Shown here: piece after piece, positions 38,999 through 48,630 of the stretch
Layout: each line of letters starts with the position of its first letter
How positions within the stretch are numbered: position 1 is the stretch's first letter
DNA from: Acidiferrobacterales bacterium
Lineage (GTDB): Bacteria; Pseudomonadota; Gammaproteobacteria; Acidiferrobacterales; JAJDNE01
Direction: 5' to 3'
Length of the DNA: 64,000 nucleotides
Assembly (NCBI GenBank): GCA_022340825.1
Contig: JAJDNE010000023.1
Coordinates: 9,761-73,760 of the forward strand
Translations under genes and position numbers: made by a program
Notes under the pieces: model-generated
Databases searched by the model: none
Told to the model about the DNA's origin: nothing
What the model saw: the letters and a program-made list of their open reading frames with translations, nothing else

Positions 38999-41185
38999 CT
39001 AGTCCTGGAGCCTGGATAAATCGGCGACACGCAGGAAAAGCTGGCTAAGGCCACTCAACAGGGCCAGGCGGTTATCGCGTACTGCCTCTTCGTCAACCAT
39101 GACCATCACCTTGTCAAAGAAGTCATCCACCTGCGGGCGCAGTGCCGCCAGTTTTTTCATGGCCGCGGTGTAATCACCCTTGTCGAATAGTGGTGTGAGT
39201 TCGGCACCGAGCGCTTTCACCTTCTGCGCCAGATTCTTTTCGGCCGGGTCCTGTAACAGCACCTCGGACACATGATCCCAATCGGCATCGCCACCCTGCT
39301 TGAGAATATTGCGTATACGCTTGTTGGCCGCCGTCAGGCTCGCCGCTTCCTTCAATTTGCCGAAGGCCATGACCGCACGTACGCGCTTGTCGAAGTCGAG
39401 CGGCGCGGCCGGATTGCATGCCCGCACAGATTCGAACACATCGGGACTGATGCCGGCGTCGGCATAGTAAGCACGCAGGCGATCCATCATGAATTCATAC
39501 ACCTGTGCCGGGACCTTCGATGGCTCCGGTAATTCGGCATGGCCTTCCACTGCCGCCTCTAGCAGCTGCATCAGATCCAGCTCCAGCTCACCCTCTATTA
39601 TGATACGCAACACACCAAGTGCGGCGCGACGCAGCGCGAACGGGTCTTTCTCGCCGGTCGGGACTTCACCCACGCCAAAGATACCGACCAGGGTATCGAG
39701 CTTGTCGGCAATGGCGACTGCACGACCGGTGCTGTCGGCAGGCAGGGCGTCGCCCGCAAAGCGTGGCATGTATTGCTCTTCCATAGCCGCCGCCACTTCA
39801 GCGGGTTCGCCATCATGCTTGGCATAGTAACGACCCATGGTACCTTGCAGATCCGGGAATTCGTAAACCATGCCGGTCATGAGATCGGCTTTGGCCAGGA
39901 GCCCGGCGCGCTCCGCCAGTTTCGTATCGGCCTTTAATGCACCGGCAGCGACAGCGGACAGACGTGAAACGCGCACGGCCTTGTCGTGCATCGACCCGAG
40001 ACGCACATGGAAAACAACGTCCTTTAGCTTCTCAACATGGGCATCGAGGCGCTGCTTGCGATCGGTATCCCAGAAGAACTTGGCATCGGAGAAGCGTGCC
40101 CGAATCACCCGTTCGTTCCCCTCGCGCACCCGCGCCTTTTGCTTGCTCTTGATGTTGCTGACGGTAATGAAATACGGTATCAACTTGCCGCGCTTGTCAG
40201 TCACCGGGAAATATTTCTGGTGCTCCTGCATGGTGCTGATCAACGCTTCCGGCGGTACGTCGAGGAAGGATTTGTCAAAGCCGGCAAGGATTGGCTCTGG
40301 CCACTCCACCAGGCTAGTGACTTCATCGAGTAGGTCCGGATCAATCACTGCGACGCCACCCTGTTTTTTCGCCAGCTTCTCCACGCCATCGCGAATCAGT
40401 TGTTGGCGCCGATCATAGCTGGCAATAACAAAACTCTTCTTCAGTGTCTTTTCATAATCGTTGGCTTTGGCCAGCGATACATAGCGTGGCGAATGAAAAC
40501 GGTGGCCCATGGTCTTGCGACCGGATTTGACTGCCAGCACCGTGGCTGGAATGACCTTGTCGCCATGCAGCATCACCAGCCAGTGCACCGGCCGGACAAA
40601 TTCCGCGTCCAGATCACCCCAGCGCATGCGCTTCGGAATCGGCAACTGCTTTAACGCCTGCTCCAGAATCTCCGGCACCAGCTCTTTTGCCGCACGACCC
40701 TTTTCCAGCTGCCGGAACACCAACCATTCACCCTTGTCCGTTTTAATGCGCTCGAGCTTGTCGGCACTGACGCCACAACTGCGAGCGAAACCCTCGGCGG
40801 CCTTGGTCAGATTACCGGTATCATCATAGGCCGCCTGTATCGCCGGGCCGCGACGCTCTGCTTCGCGATCCGGTTGTTGCATTCGTACCCCAGGCACCCT
40901 TACCGCCAGTCGACGCGGCGCGGCAAATCGGACTGCGTTAATACTCTTGTCAGTGGTGAGCCCGGCCTGTTCCAGCCCGGCGATGAGATTATCGTAAAAC
41001 GACTGGCTCAGACGCTTGAGTGCTTTTGGTGGTAGCTCTTCGGTGCCGAGCTCGATCAGCAAATCGTCAACAATCTTTTTCTTTGCAACTGCGTTCGTCT
41101 TTTTTGACTTCCTGGTTGCCTTCTTCTTTTTGCCGGCCACTTTCTTTTTCAATGCGACCTTCTTGCCTGTTTTCTTTTTAGCCAC
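38999..41185 (-). CDS. glyS: Glycine--tRNA ligase beta subunit (ORF includes a possible Lys-rich N-terminal extension)
   Basis: Colinear with my recollection of E. coli GlyS from [15 protein letters not shown] to [11 protein letters not shown]. The ORF begins at a GTG 6 nt after AAGGAGG and overlaps the glyQ stop. Confidence 0.9.
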   Translation of the reverse strand: MAKKKTGKKVALKKKVAGKKKKATRKSKKTNAVAKKKIVDDLLIELGTEELPPKALKRLSQSFYDNLIAGLEQAGLTTDKSINAVRFAAPRRLAVRVPGVRMQQPDREAERRGPAIQAAYDDTGNLTKAAEGFARSCGVSADKLERIKTDKGEWLVFRQLEKGRAAKELVPEILEQALKQLPIPKRMRWGDLDAEFVRPVHWLVMLHGDKVIPATVLAVKSGRKTMGHRFHSPRYVSLAKANDYEKTLKKSFVIASYDRRQQLIRDGVEKLAKKQGGVAVIDPDLLDEVTSLVEWPEPILAGFDKSFLDVPPEALISTMQEHQKYFPVTDKRGKLIPYFITVSNIKSKQKARVREGNERVIRARFSDAKFFWDTDRKQRLDAHVEKLKDVVFHVRLGSMHDKAVRVSRLSAVAAGALKADTKLAERAGLLAKADLMTGMVYEFPDLQGTMGRYYAKHDGEPAEVAAAMEEQYMPRFAGDALPADSTGRAVAIADKLDTLVGIFGVGEVPTGEKDPFALRRAALGVLRIIIEGELELDLMQLLEAAVEGHAELPEPSKVPAQVYEFMMDRLRAYYADAGISPDVFESVRACNPAAPLDFDKRVRAVMAFGKLKEAASLTAANKRIRNILKQGGDADWDHVSEVLLQDPAEKNLAQKVKALGAELTPLFDKGDYTAAMKKLAALRPQVDDFFDKVMVMVDEEAVRDNRLALLSGLSQLFLRVADLSRLQD

Positions 41186-42059
41186 GACGACCCTCCTTCA
41201 TGCGAGGGAAGCCTAATGACTCACGCGAATCGTAATAGGCCTGGGCGACGGCACGTGCGAGGTTGCGTATCCGGCCGATATAACGCGCCCGCTCGGTAAC
41301 GCTGATGGCGCTGCGTGCATCCAGCAGATTGAATGTGTGCGACGCCTTTAATACGAGATCATAGGCCGGTAATGGCAGGCTGGCTTCCATCAGCGCCTGG
41401 CTTTCGCGTTCGAACTGATTGAAACGCTCGAACAGGTCTTCGACGCTGGCGTGTTCAAAATTGTATGCGGAGAACTCAACTTCATTTTGATGAAACACAT
41501 CCCCGTAGGTCACGCCCTCGGTCCACACCAGGTCAAAGACACTGTCGACACCCTGGAGATACATGGCAATACGTTCGAGACCGTAGGTAATCTCACCGGT
41601 CACCGGCTTGCAGTCGAGACCACCGACCTGCTGGAAGTAGGTGAACTGCGTCACCTCCATGCCGTTCAGCCAGACCTCCCAACCGAGACCCCAGGCGCCA
41701 AGCGTCGGCGACTCCCAGTTGTCTTCAACAAAGCGGATATCATGCACCAGGGTATCCACACCGAGACGACGCAGGGAATCGAGATAGAGATCCTGAATAT
41801 TCAGGGGCGACGGCTTCAGGATGACCTGAAACTGGTAGTAGTGCTGCAGACGATTGGGATTCTCGCCATAACGGCCGTCAGTCGGGCGACGCGAAGGCTG
41901 CACATAGGCGGCGCGCGTCGGCTCTGGACCAATGGAACCCAGGAAGGTGGCCGGATGAAACGTGCCCGCGCCCACTTCCATATCGTAAGGCTGCAGGACA
42001 ACGCAGCCCTGGTCTGCCCAGTACTGCTGCAGTGTCAGTATAAGATCCTGGAAATTCAA
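41178..42059 (-). CDS. glyQ: Glycine--tRNA ligase alpha subunit
   Basis: 293 aa, highly conserved ([17 protein letters not shown]..., [26 protein letters not shown]). Confidence 0.95.
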   Translation of the reverse strand: MNFQDLILTLQQYWADQGCVVLQPYDMEVGAGTFHPATFLGSIGPEPTRAAYVQPSRRPTDGRYGENPNRLQHYYQFQVILKPSPLNIQDLYLDSLRRLGVDTLVHDIRFVEDNWESPTLGAWGLGWEVWLNGMEVTQFTYFQQVGGLDCKPVTGEITYGLERIAMYLQGVDSVFDLVWTEGVTYGDVFHQNEVEFSAYNFEHASVEDLFERFNQFERESQALMEASLPLPAYDLVLKASHTFNLLDARSAISVTERARYIGRIRNLARAVAQAYYDSRESLGFPRMKEGRRG

Positions 42060-42180
42060 TTGAGTCGCTTTCTATGTTGGGTTGATACGCCCTGGCCAAT
42101 GCGTCAAACGGGGCCGGGATGGCAAGGCGGCGATTATACCCTTGTGCGCAGGCCAGCGCTAAGACTGGTCTGCATGAATT

Positions 42181-42957
42181 CTAGTCGTAGGAGTATTCGT
42201 CCAGCGACGGCGCCATCCAGCCATTAATCTTCTCGACCCGGTGCTCGAAGGCCTCGGTTCGGGTCTGCGGATTGTTTTTGGTCGGGCTCGGCAAACAAGC
42301 GGCCAGTTCTACCGATTGTGTAACATTGAGCTCGCTGGCCGGAATGCCCCAGTAGTGCCTGGCTGCGGCTTCGACGCCGTACACACCACGATCAAACTCG
42401 GCAATGTTCAAATACAGTTCAAGAATGCGCTTTTTCTTGAGGTTCATCTCCATACCCCAGGTCATTAACAACTCGTGCCACTTGCGCAAGGGGTTTCGCG
42501 ACGGACTGAGAAACAGGTTTTTCACTGTCTGCTGCGAGATGGTGCTGGCGCCGAAGGCCAGTCGCCCCTCGCTCAGGTTGTGGTCCATCGCCTCCTTGAA
42601 AGCGATCAGATCAAAGCCATCGTGTTGCCAGAATCGACTGTCTTCTGCAACCACCACCGCACGCTGAAGATGTTTGGGAATTTCATCCAGCGGCACCGGC
42701 TGCCATCTGACTCGCGGCCAGTCCTGACTGCGATAAGTCTTTTCATAACGAAGAATAAAACTGGACTTCGGTATCGGGCCGGCGGCAATTTTTTTCCAGT
42801 CTGGCCAAATAGTGCTGACATAGAATGCATCGAGAATAAGAAGCAACAGTAACAGCCGCGTTCCCCATGTTATCCATGAGCCAAAGTTTAATAGTCGTTG
42901 CCACCAACTCTCGCCACGTCGGTACTTGGCATATCGTCTTCGTCGCCAGAAAATCAT
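42181..42957 (-). CDS. mtgA: Monofunctional biosynthetic peptidoglycan transglycosylase
   Basis: GT51 motifs (VVAEDSRFWQHDGFD and GASTISQQTVKNLFL). N-terminal TM anchor. Confidence 0.9.
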   Translation of the reverse strand: MIFWRRRRYAKYRRGESWWQRLLNFGSWITWGTRLLLLLLILDAFYVSTIWPDWKKIAAGPIPKSSFILRYEKTYRSQDWPRVRWQPVPLDEIPKHLQRAVVVAEDSRFWQHDGFDLIAFKEAMDHNLSEGRLAFGASTISQQTVKNLFLSPSRNPLRKWHELLMTWGMEMNLKKKRILELYLNIAEFDRGVYGVEAAARHYWGIPASELNVTQSVELAACLPSPTKNNPQTRTEAFEHRVEKINGWMAPSLDEYSYD

Positions 42958-43158
42958 TCGATTAAATTAGTAATTTCTTATTTAGTAAACTTTGAATTAA
43001 GGCAACTTAAATTGTCTTTTTAGTGCTTAAAAAAATGGACATACATCATCACCTTGAGCTATTGTCTGTTCGCGTCAAGGGACTATGCCCGAATCGCCAA
43101 GACAGGAGGAGCCGGTTCTAAGGAAGGACCACAGTAATCAAAAATAATAAAAAATGAA

Positions 43159-43190
43159 TGGGCGAGCTTCGATATCCTTCGAAGTTCGCC
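43159..43190. other. Orphan 13-bp stem-loop in a divergent intergenic region (terminator-like in both orientations)
   Basis: gggcgagcttcga-tatcct-tcgaagttcgccc with one G-U pair. The plus strand is followed by TTTCT. The minus strand is followed by attcaTTTTTTaTTaTTTTT. Confidence 0.6.
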
Positions 43191-43325
43191 CTTTCTACAT
43201 CTGAATAACCATATTATACATGATAGGAAACATCCCCACCTCGCCCGCCAAATTGCGGTAAAATCCCCTCCCTTTGATTTATCGCGACCAGCCGGTCGCC
43301 CGCCAAGACAGACGCCCATCTACCT

Positions 43326-44369
43326 ATGACGCAACCACGCAAAGCCGCCGCCCTGATTTCGGGCGGGCTCGATTCGCTACTGGCCGCCAAGCTGATGCTG
43401 GACCAGGGTATTCATGTCGAGGGTATCAACTTCTTCACCGGTTTTTGCGTGGAGGGGCATACCCACGCCATCCGTAGCAAGGATAAAAACAAACCCAAAC
43501 GCAACAACGCGCTGTGGGTGGCCGAAACGCTCGGAATCAAGCTGCACATCGTCGACGTGATCGAGCCTTACAAGGAAGTGGTGCTCAATCCCAGTCACGG
43601 CTATGGCGCCAATCTCAATCCTTGCCTCGACTGCAAGGGCTTCATGGTGGGCAAGGCACTGGAATGGATTCAGGAAAACGGTTTCGATTTCATCGTTACC
43701 GGCGAGGTCATTGGCCAACGACCGATGTCGCAACGCCGCGACACCATGCCGGTAATCGCAAGAGAGTCCGGGGCCGGCGACCTGCTATTGCGCCCGCTAT
43801 GCGCCCGATTACTTCCTGAGACCAAACCGGAACGTGAAGGCTGGGTCGATCGCGAGCGCTTGCTGAATCTGTCCGGCCGTAACCGCAAACCGCAGATTGC
43901 GCTGGCAAAGCAATACGGCTTCGAAGACTATGCACAACCGGCCGGCGGTTGCTGTTTCCTCACCGACGCTGCCTACTCAAAAAAGCTGGCCGATCTTTGG
44001 GAAAACCGCGGCGAAAAACAGTACGACCTGGACGACATCATGCTACTTAAAGTCGGGCGGCACGTAAGGCCAAAACCCAACATGAAGCTGATCGTCGCAC
44101 GTGATGACGGCGAGAACAATTTCCTTAGCGGCTACAAGAAACGTTTTACCAGTCTGTACTCTGTGTCACACAAAGGCCCGCTGGTGCTACTCGATGGCGA
44201 GGCTGATGACGCCGACCTGGAACTGGCAGCCAGACTGGTGGCGCGCTTTGGCCAGGGTCGGGATGCTGATGCGGTCAATATCAGCATCAACCTGAACGAT
44301 GGCAGTTCCCGGGAAATGGTAATCTCACCAATGCCGGTAAACGAAATACCGCAGGAGTGGTATGTATGA
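43326..44369 (+). CDS. PP-loop (adenine nucleotide alpha-hydrolase) ATPase, ThiI/MnmA-like sulfurtransferase without a THUMP domain
   Basis: PP-loop SGGLDS at residues 12-17. ThiI-like TGEVIGQRPMSQ...LLRPL segment. Cys clusters NPCLDCK and GGCCF. Confidence 0.7.
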   Translation: MTQPRKAAALISGGLDSLLAAKLMLDQGIHVEGINFFTGFCVEGHTHAIRSKDKNKPKRNNALWVAETLGIKLHIVDVIEPYKEVVLNPSHGYGANLNPCLDCKGFMVGKALEWIQENGFDFIVTGEVIGQRPMSQRRDTMPVIARESGAGDLLLRPLCARLLPETKPEREGWVDRERLLNLSGRNRKPQIALAKQYGFEDYAQPAGGCCFLTDAAYSKKLADLWENRGEKQYDLDDIMLLKVGRHVRPKPNMKLIVARDDGENNFLSGYKKRFTSLYSVSHKGPLVLLDGEADDADLELAARLVARFGQGRDADAVNISINLNDGSSREMVISPMPVNEIPQEWYV

Positions 44370-44599
44370 GCCATCACCAGCTGGACGCACGCAACCTGCT
44401 TTGCCCGATGCCGGTGATTCGCACGCAGGATGCAGTCACAAAGCTCGCGCCGGGTGAGGTGGTTGAAGTGGTGTGCACCGATCATGGCGCACTGAACGAT
44501 ATACCGGCGTGGTGTCGAATCAACGGACACAAGGTTATAGATACCCGCGACCAGGGCAGAGAGGTTATTATCACCATCGAGGTGGGACAAAGTGACTGA
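44366..44599 (+). CDS. TusA/SirA-like sulfur carrier protein
   Basis: About 77 aa with the CPxP active-site motif (LLCPMPV). The ATG overlaps the upstream stop (ATGA) and CAGGAG lies 8 nt upstream. Confidence 0.8.
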   Translation: MSHHQLDARNLLCPMPVIRTQDAVTKLAPGEVVEVVCTDHGALNDIPAWCRINGHKVIDTRDQGREVIITIEVGQSD

Positions 44600-45758
44600 T
44601 ACACCGAAATCGGTGAAAAACAATTCTGCAAACTCTCGTCGCCGGGAGATCGTGAAAGTGACGTTGATCGGGTCCGCGGTGGACCTGTCGCTTGGCGTCG
44701 CCAAAATTATTTTTGGCTTTGCTGCCCATTCGCAGGCTCTGGTTGCTGATGGTATTCATTCGATATCCGACCTGATCACCGACGGGTTTGTACTGTACGC
44801 AGCAGCCCATGGGTCGCGCGAGGCGGATGAAGATCACCCTTATGGCCACAAACGCATCGAGACCGTAGCCACGGTTGGCCTTGGGATCGCGTTGCTTGCC
44901 GTGGCAGTGGGTATCGCCTATGACGCCACAGAACGATTATTCAACCCCGAACGACTGCTCCAACCCGGTATAGCAGCGCTGGTAGTCGCGGCGATTTCGG
45001 TGGTCTCCAAGGAAATCATCTATCACTACTCCATGACTATCGCGCGCAAGTATCGCTCTGAAATGTTGCGCGCCAATGCCTGGCACAGTCGCAGCGATGC
45101 CATTTCCTCTGTGATTGTAATTGTCGGCGTGATCGGCACCATGGCGGGACTCGATTATCTTGATGCCATCGCCGCCATCGGCGTAGCGCTGATGATCATC
45201 AAGATCGCCTGGGATCTGATGTGGAGCAGCCTGCGGGAGTTGGTGGATACCGGCCTCGAACCGGAACGTATTGAGCTGATTAGCAAAATCATTAAATCGA
45301 TCGATGGCGTGTCAGCACTGCATATGCTGCGCACCCGGCGCATGGGCGGCGACGCCCTGGCCGATGTCCATATTCAGGTGAACCCGTCGATCAGTGTCTC
45401 GGAAGGGCACCATATTTCCGAAGCGGTGCGGTCAATGTTAATTCGGGAAGTGGAGGAGCTCACCGATGTGACTGTCCATATTGATACCGAAGATGATCAG
45501 GCCGCCCGGCGTACCCATGACTTGCCGCTACGCACCGAGGCGATCCGACGCGCGATGGAGCGCTTCAAGCATATCGACGAGGTCGACGATATTGAACAAA
45601 TGACGCTGCACTACCTCGACGGCAAGATTCAGCTGGTTCTGCTGTTGCCCCTGAGCCTCGCGAAAGACGTCGAATCCACCCGCAATCTGGTGCGGCAATT
45701 CCAGGATGCGATCAAGGATGATCCGCAAATTTCAGCGGTTGAAATTCACTTCGGATAG
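44592..45758 (+). CDS. Cation diffusion facilitator (CDF) family metal efflux transporter
   Basis: Six TM helices with HSISDLITD and WHSRSD metal-site motifs, plus a C-terminal cytoplasmic domain. The GTG overlaps the TusA-like stop. Confidence 0.85.
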   Translation: MTDTPKSVKNNSANSRRREIVKVTLIGSAVDLSLGVAKIIFGFAAHSQALVADGIHSISDLITDGFVLYAAAHGSREADEDHPYGHKRIETVATVGLGIALLAVAVGIAYDATERLFNPERLLQPGIAALVVAAISVVSKEIIYHYSMTIARKYRSEMLRANAWHSRSDAISSVIVIVGVIGTMAGLDYLDAIAAIGVALMIIKIAWDLMWSSLRELVDTGLEPERIELISKIIKSIDGVSALHMLRTRRMGGDALADVHIQVNPSISVSEGHHISEAVRSMLIREVEELTDVTVHIDTEDDQAARRTHDLPLRTEAIRRAMERFKHIDEVDDIEQMTLHYLDGKIQLVLLLPLSLAKDVESTRNLVRQFQDAIKDDPQISAVEIHFG

Positions 45759-45806
45759 TGCACTAATAGAGTGCAGCACAATTATGGTGCGCACTATCAT
45801 AGTGCA
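45759..45806 (+). promoter_or_regulatory. Tandem NtrC (enhancer) binding sites upstream of glnA
   Basis: TGCACTaatagAGTGCA (45759-45775), aGCACAattatGGTGCg (45775-45791) and cGCACTatcatAGTGCA (45790-45806) all match TGCACC-N5-GGTGCA. The outer sites are 31 bp apart centre to centre. Confidence 0.75.
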
Positions 45807-45868
45807 TTATATCTAGCATCTTTAGTCTCAAGTCATTAATTATCAACGGGTTATGTGATTTTCGAGCT

Positions 45869-45884
45869 TGGCACGCTAAGTGCA
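45869..45884 (+). promoter_or_regulatory. Sigma54 (-24/-12) promoter of glnA
   Basis: TGGCACGctaagTGCA compared with the consensus TGGCACG-N4-TTGCA. It lies about 70 nt upstream of the glnA ATG and 60-110 nt downstream of the NtrC sites. Confidence 0.75.
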
Positions 45885-45955
45885 CTATTGAGGCTCAATT
45901 TTCATTTACAGCATTTGTATTTAACTGCCACAACGCTTTTTAGGAGGAATCCAGC

Positions 45956-47368
45956 ATGTCAGGCCCAAGCGACGTCATCAAAATGATGAAAGACAACAAC
46001 GCTACTTTTGTAGATCTGCGTTTTACAGACTCCAAGGGTAAGCAACAGCACGTAACCCTGCCTTCACACTCGGTAAACGAGTCCATGTTTGAAGGCGGCA
46101 AGATGTTTGATGGCTCGTCCATCGCCGGCTGGAAAGGAATTAACGAATCCGACATGATTCTTATGCCGGACCCGACCACGGCAGTAATGGATCCGTTCTC
46201 TGAAGAACCGCAGATGATTATTACCTGTGACATCATTGAACCGGCCACCGGTGAAGGCTATGAACGCGATCCGCGTTCTATTGCGAAGCGCGCAGAGGCC
46301 TACCTGAAATCAACCGGTATTGCTGATACTGCCTTTTTCGGTCCCGAACCCGAGTTCTTCGTTCTAGACGATGTTCGCTGGGGCGCAGAGATGAACGGTG
46401 CGTTCTATAAAGTGGATTCCGAGGAAGCTGGCTGGAACTCCGAGAAGGTGTTCGAAGATGGCAACATTGGTCACCGCCCGGGCGTCAAGGGTGGTTACTT
46501 CCCGGTGCCGCCGGTCGATTCACTGGTCGATCTCCGTGCCGCCATGTGCCTGGCAATGGAGGAAATGGGCCTCGAGACCGAAGTCCACCACCACGAAGTG
46601 GCAACTGCCGGTCAGTGCGAAATCGGCACCAAGTTCGATACCCTGGTCCGTCGTGCCGATTTTAACCAGATCCTGAAATACTGCGTCTGGAACGTTGCCC
46701 ACAGCTTCGGCAAGACCGCAACCTTCATGCCGAAGCCGCTGGTTGGCGATAATGGTAACGGTATGCACGTGCACCAGTCGCTGGCAAAAGACGGCGTCAA
46801 CCTGTTTACCGGCAACGAATACGGCGGCCTGAGCGAAACTGCCCTGTATTATATTGGTGGCGTTATCAAGCATGCGCGTGCAATCAACGCCTTTGCCAAT
46901 GCCTCGACCAACAGCTACAAGCGTCTGGTGCCAGGCTTTGAAGCACCAGTGATGCTGGCCTACTCGGCGCGCAACCGTTCAGCTTCGATTCGTATTCCGT
47001 ATGAAGCCAATCCGAAGGCCCGTCGCATCGAGGTTCGTTTCCCTGATCCAGCCGGTAATCCTTACTTCACCTTTACGGCATTGTTGATGGCTGGCCTTGA
47101 TGGCATCCAGAACAAGATCCACCCTGGTGAATCCATGGACAAGGATCTGTATGACCTGCCTCCGGAAGAAGAGAAGGCCATTCCCAAGGTATGCAGTTCG
47201 CTGGACCAGGCACTGGAAGCCCTGGACCAGGATCGCGAATTCCTGAAGGCTGGCGGTGTGTTCACTGACGACGCCATTGATGGTTACATCGCGCTCAAGA
47301 TGGATGAAGTGACGCGCTTGCGTATGAGCACTCATCCGGTTGAGTTCGATATGTACTACAGCCTGTAA
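45956..47368 (+). CDS. glnA: Glutamine synthetase type I
   Basis: 470 aa. An adenylylation-site region is present ([10 protein letters not shown]). TAGGAGG SD. Confidence 0.95.
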   Translation: MSGPSDVIKMMKDNNATFVDLRFTDSKGKQQHVTLPSHSVNESMFEGGKMFDGSSIAGWKGINESDMILMPDPTTAVMDPFSEEPQMIITCDIIEPATGEGYERDPRSIAKRAEAYLKSTGIADTAFFGPEPEFFVLDDVRWGAEMNGAFYKVDSEEAGWNSEKVFEDGNIGHRPGVKGGYFPVPPVDSLVDLRAAMCLAMEEMGLETEVHHHEVATAGQCEIGTKFDTLVRRADFNQILKYCVWNVAHSFGKTATFMPKPLVGDNGNGMHVHQSLAKDGVNLFTGNEYGGLSETALYYIGGVIKHARAINAFANASTNSYKRLVPGFEAPVMLAYSARNRSASIRIPYEANPKARRIEVRFPDPAGNPYFTFTALLMAGLDGIQNKIHPGESMDKDLYDLPPEEEKAIPKVCSSLDQALEALDQDREFLKAGGVFTDDAIDGYIALKMDEVTRLRMSTHPVEFDMYYSL

Positions 47369-47393
47369 GGAAACCGATCCGAAGGATGTAAGG

Positions 47394-47425
47394 AAAACGC
47401 CCCCACTCCCGGGGGCGTTTTACTT
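47394..47425 (+). terminator. Intrinsic terminator after glnA
   Basis: aaaacgccccc-actccc-gggggcgtttt: an 11-bp stem and 6-nt loop with a T-tract at the 3' side. Confidence 0.85.
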
Positions 47426-47532
47426 CTGGGCACCGCTAATTTATTGGCGTATGCACCTGTTTGGTGCAGACTGAATTACTGGTACGATATCTACTATAAC
47501 TTGCTATTTATTAAAGATTTCTTATTGCCGCT

Positions 47533-48630
47533 ATGAAAGCGACAGCGCAAAAAAGACTGGATACAACGATGTTCACAGACCCACGGCTACAGATTTTCGA
47601 CAATCTCAGCACTGCCGTGTTGGCCTTTGATACAGAACTTCGCCTGATTGCCATTAATCCCGCGGGCGAGCAGATGCTGCAGACCGGTCAGCGCAGCATC
47701 GCCGGCAAAAATATCTCCAAACTCTTGCCGCGCGGCAAACAACTGAAAAAGGTACTGGAACGCACCCTGAATCGTGCGCAATCCTTCAGCGCACGCGGTG
47801 TGCATCTGGCGATCGCACCGGGCAAGGTGATCGTGGTCGATTGTTTTGTTACCCCGATGTATGAAGGCAGCGAGATCGTTGGCCTGCTGGTGGAAATGAA
47901 CCAGATCGATCGATTGCTGCGCCTGACTCGCGACGAAAGCGCGCTGGATCGCCACGAGGCCAATCGCGCAATCCTCAAGGGCCTGGCACACGAGATCAAG
48001 AATCCCCTCGGTGGCCTGCGTGGTGCAGCCCAGCTACTGCAGCAGGAATTACAGTCGAAAGAACTGAAAGAGTACACGCGCATCATCATTCACGAGGCAG
48101 ATCGGCTGCGCACCCTGGTCGACCGCATGATGGGCCCCACCCAGCCGTTGCAGCACGCACCGGTCAATATTCATGATGTGTTCCAGCATGTTCGCAAACT
48201 GTTGCTTGCGGAAAATACAGTTGGACTGACGATTCAATGTGATTACGACCCTAGTCTTCCCGAATTCATTGGTGACAAGGAACAGATGATTCAGGCGGTG
48301 CTGAACATCGCGCGTAATGCGATTCAGGCCATGAATGGCAAGGGTAAACTCATTTTCCGTTCACGCATTTCCCGCCAGTTCACCATTGGCCACAAACGCT
48401 ATCGGCTCGTACTGCGTGCCGAAATTGAGGATAACGGTCCCGGCATCGCTCCGGAAATGCTGGATGCCATCTTTTACCCGCTGGTAAGCGGTCGCCCTGA
48501 AGGAACCGGTCTGGGCCTGGCAATCGCACAGGACGTTATCAATAAGCACGGTGGCCTGGTCGAAGCCAAGAGCCAGCCCGGACAGACCGTGTTTACCATT
48601 TATTTACCGTTGGAGAACGGCGATGACTAG
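47533..48630 (+). CDS. glnL: Nitrogen regulation sensor histidine kinase NtrB
   Basis: PAS-like N-terminus, H-box HEIKNPLGG, and N/G boxes (DNGPGI, GTGLGLAI). Confidence 0.9.
   Translation: MKATAQKRLDTTMFTDPRLQIFDNLSTAVLAFDTELRLIAINPAGEQMLQTGQRSIAGKNISKLLPRGKQLKKVLERTLNRAQSFSARGVHLAIAPGKVIVVDCFVTPMYEGSEIVGLLVEMNQIDRLLRLTRDESALDRHEANRAILKGLAHEIKNPLGGLRGAAQLLQQELQSKELKEYTRIIIHEADRLRTLVDRMMGPTQPLQHAPVNIHDVFQHVRKLLLAENTVGLTIQCDYDPSLPEFIGDKEQMIQAVLNIARNAIQAMNGKGKLIFRSRISRQFTIGHKRYRLVLRAEIEDNGPGIAPEMLDAIFYPLVSGRPEGTGLGLAIAQDVINKHGGLVEAKSQPGQTVFTIYLPLENGDD

Noticed and set aside
43083-43319. 78-aa minus-strand ORF in the mtgA / PP-loop intergenic region.
   Set aside because: It has no SD and odd composition (Cys/Arg/Gly-rich), and it runs through the 13-bp hairpin. 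It is likely non-coding.
45786-45812. GGTGCGCActatcatagtgcattata resembles the XerC half of a dif site (GGTGCGCATAA).
   Set aside because: The XerD-side half (TTATGTTAAAT) is absent. The sequence is fully explained as dyad NtrC sites upstream of the glnA sigma54 promoter.
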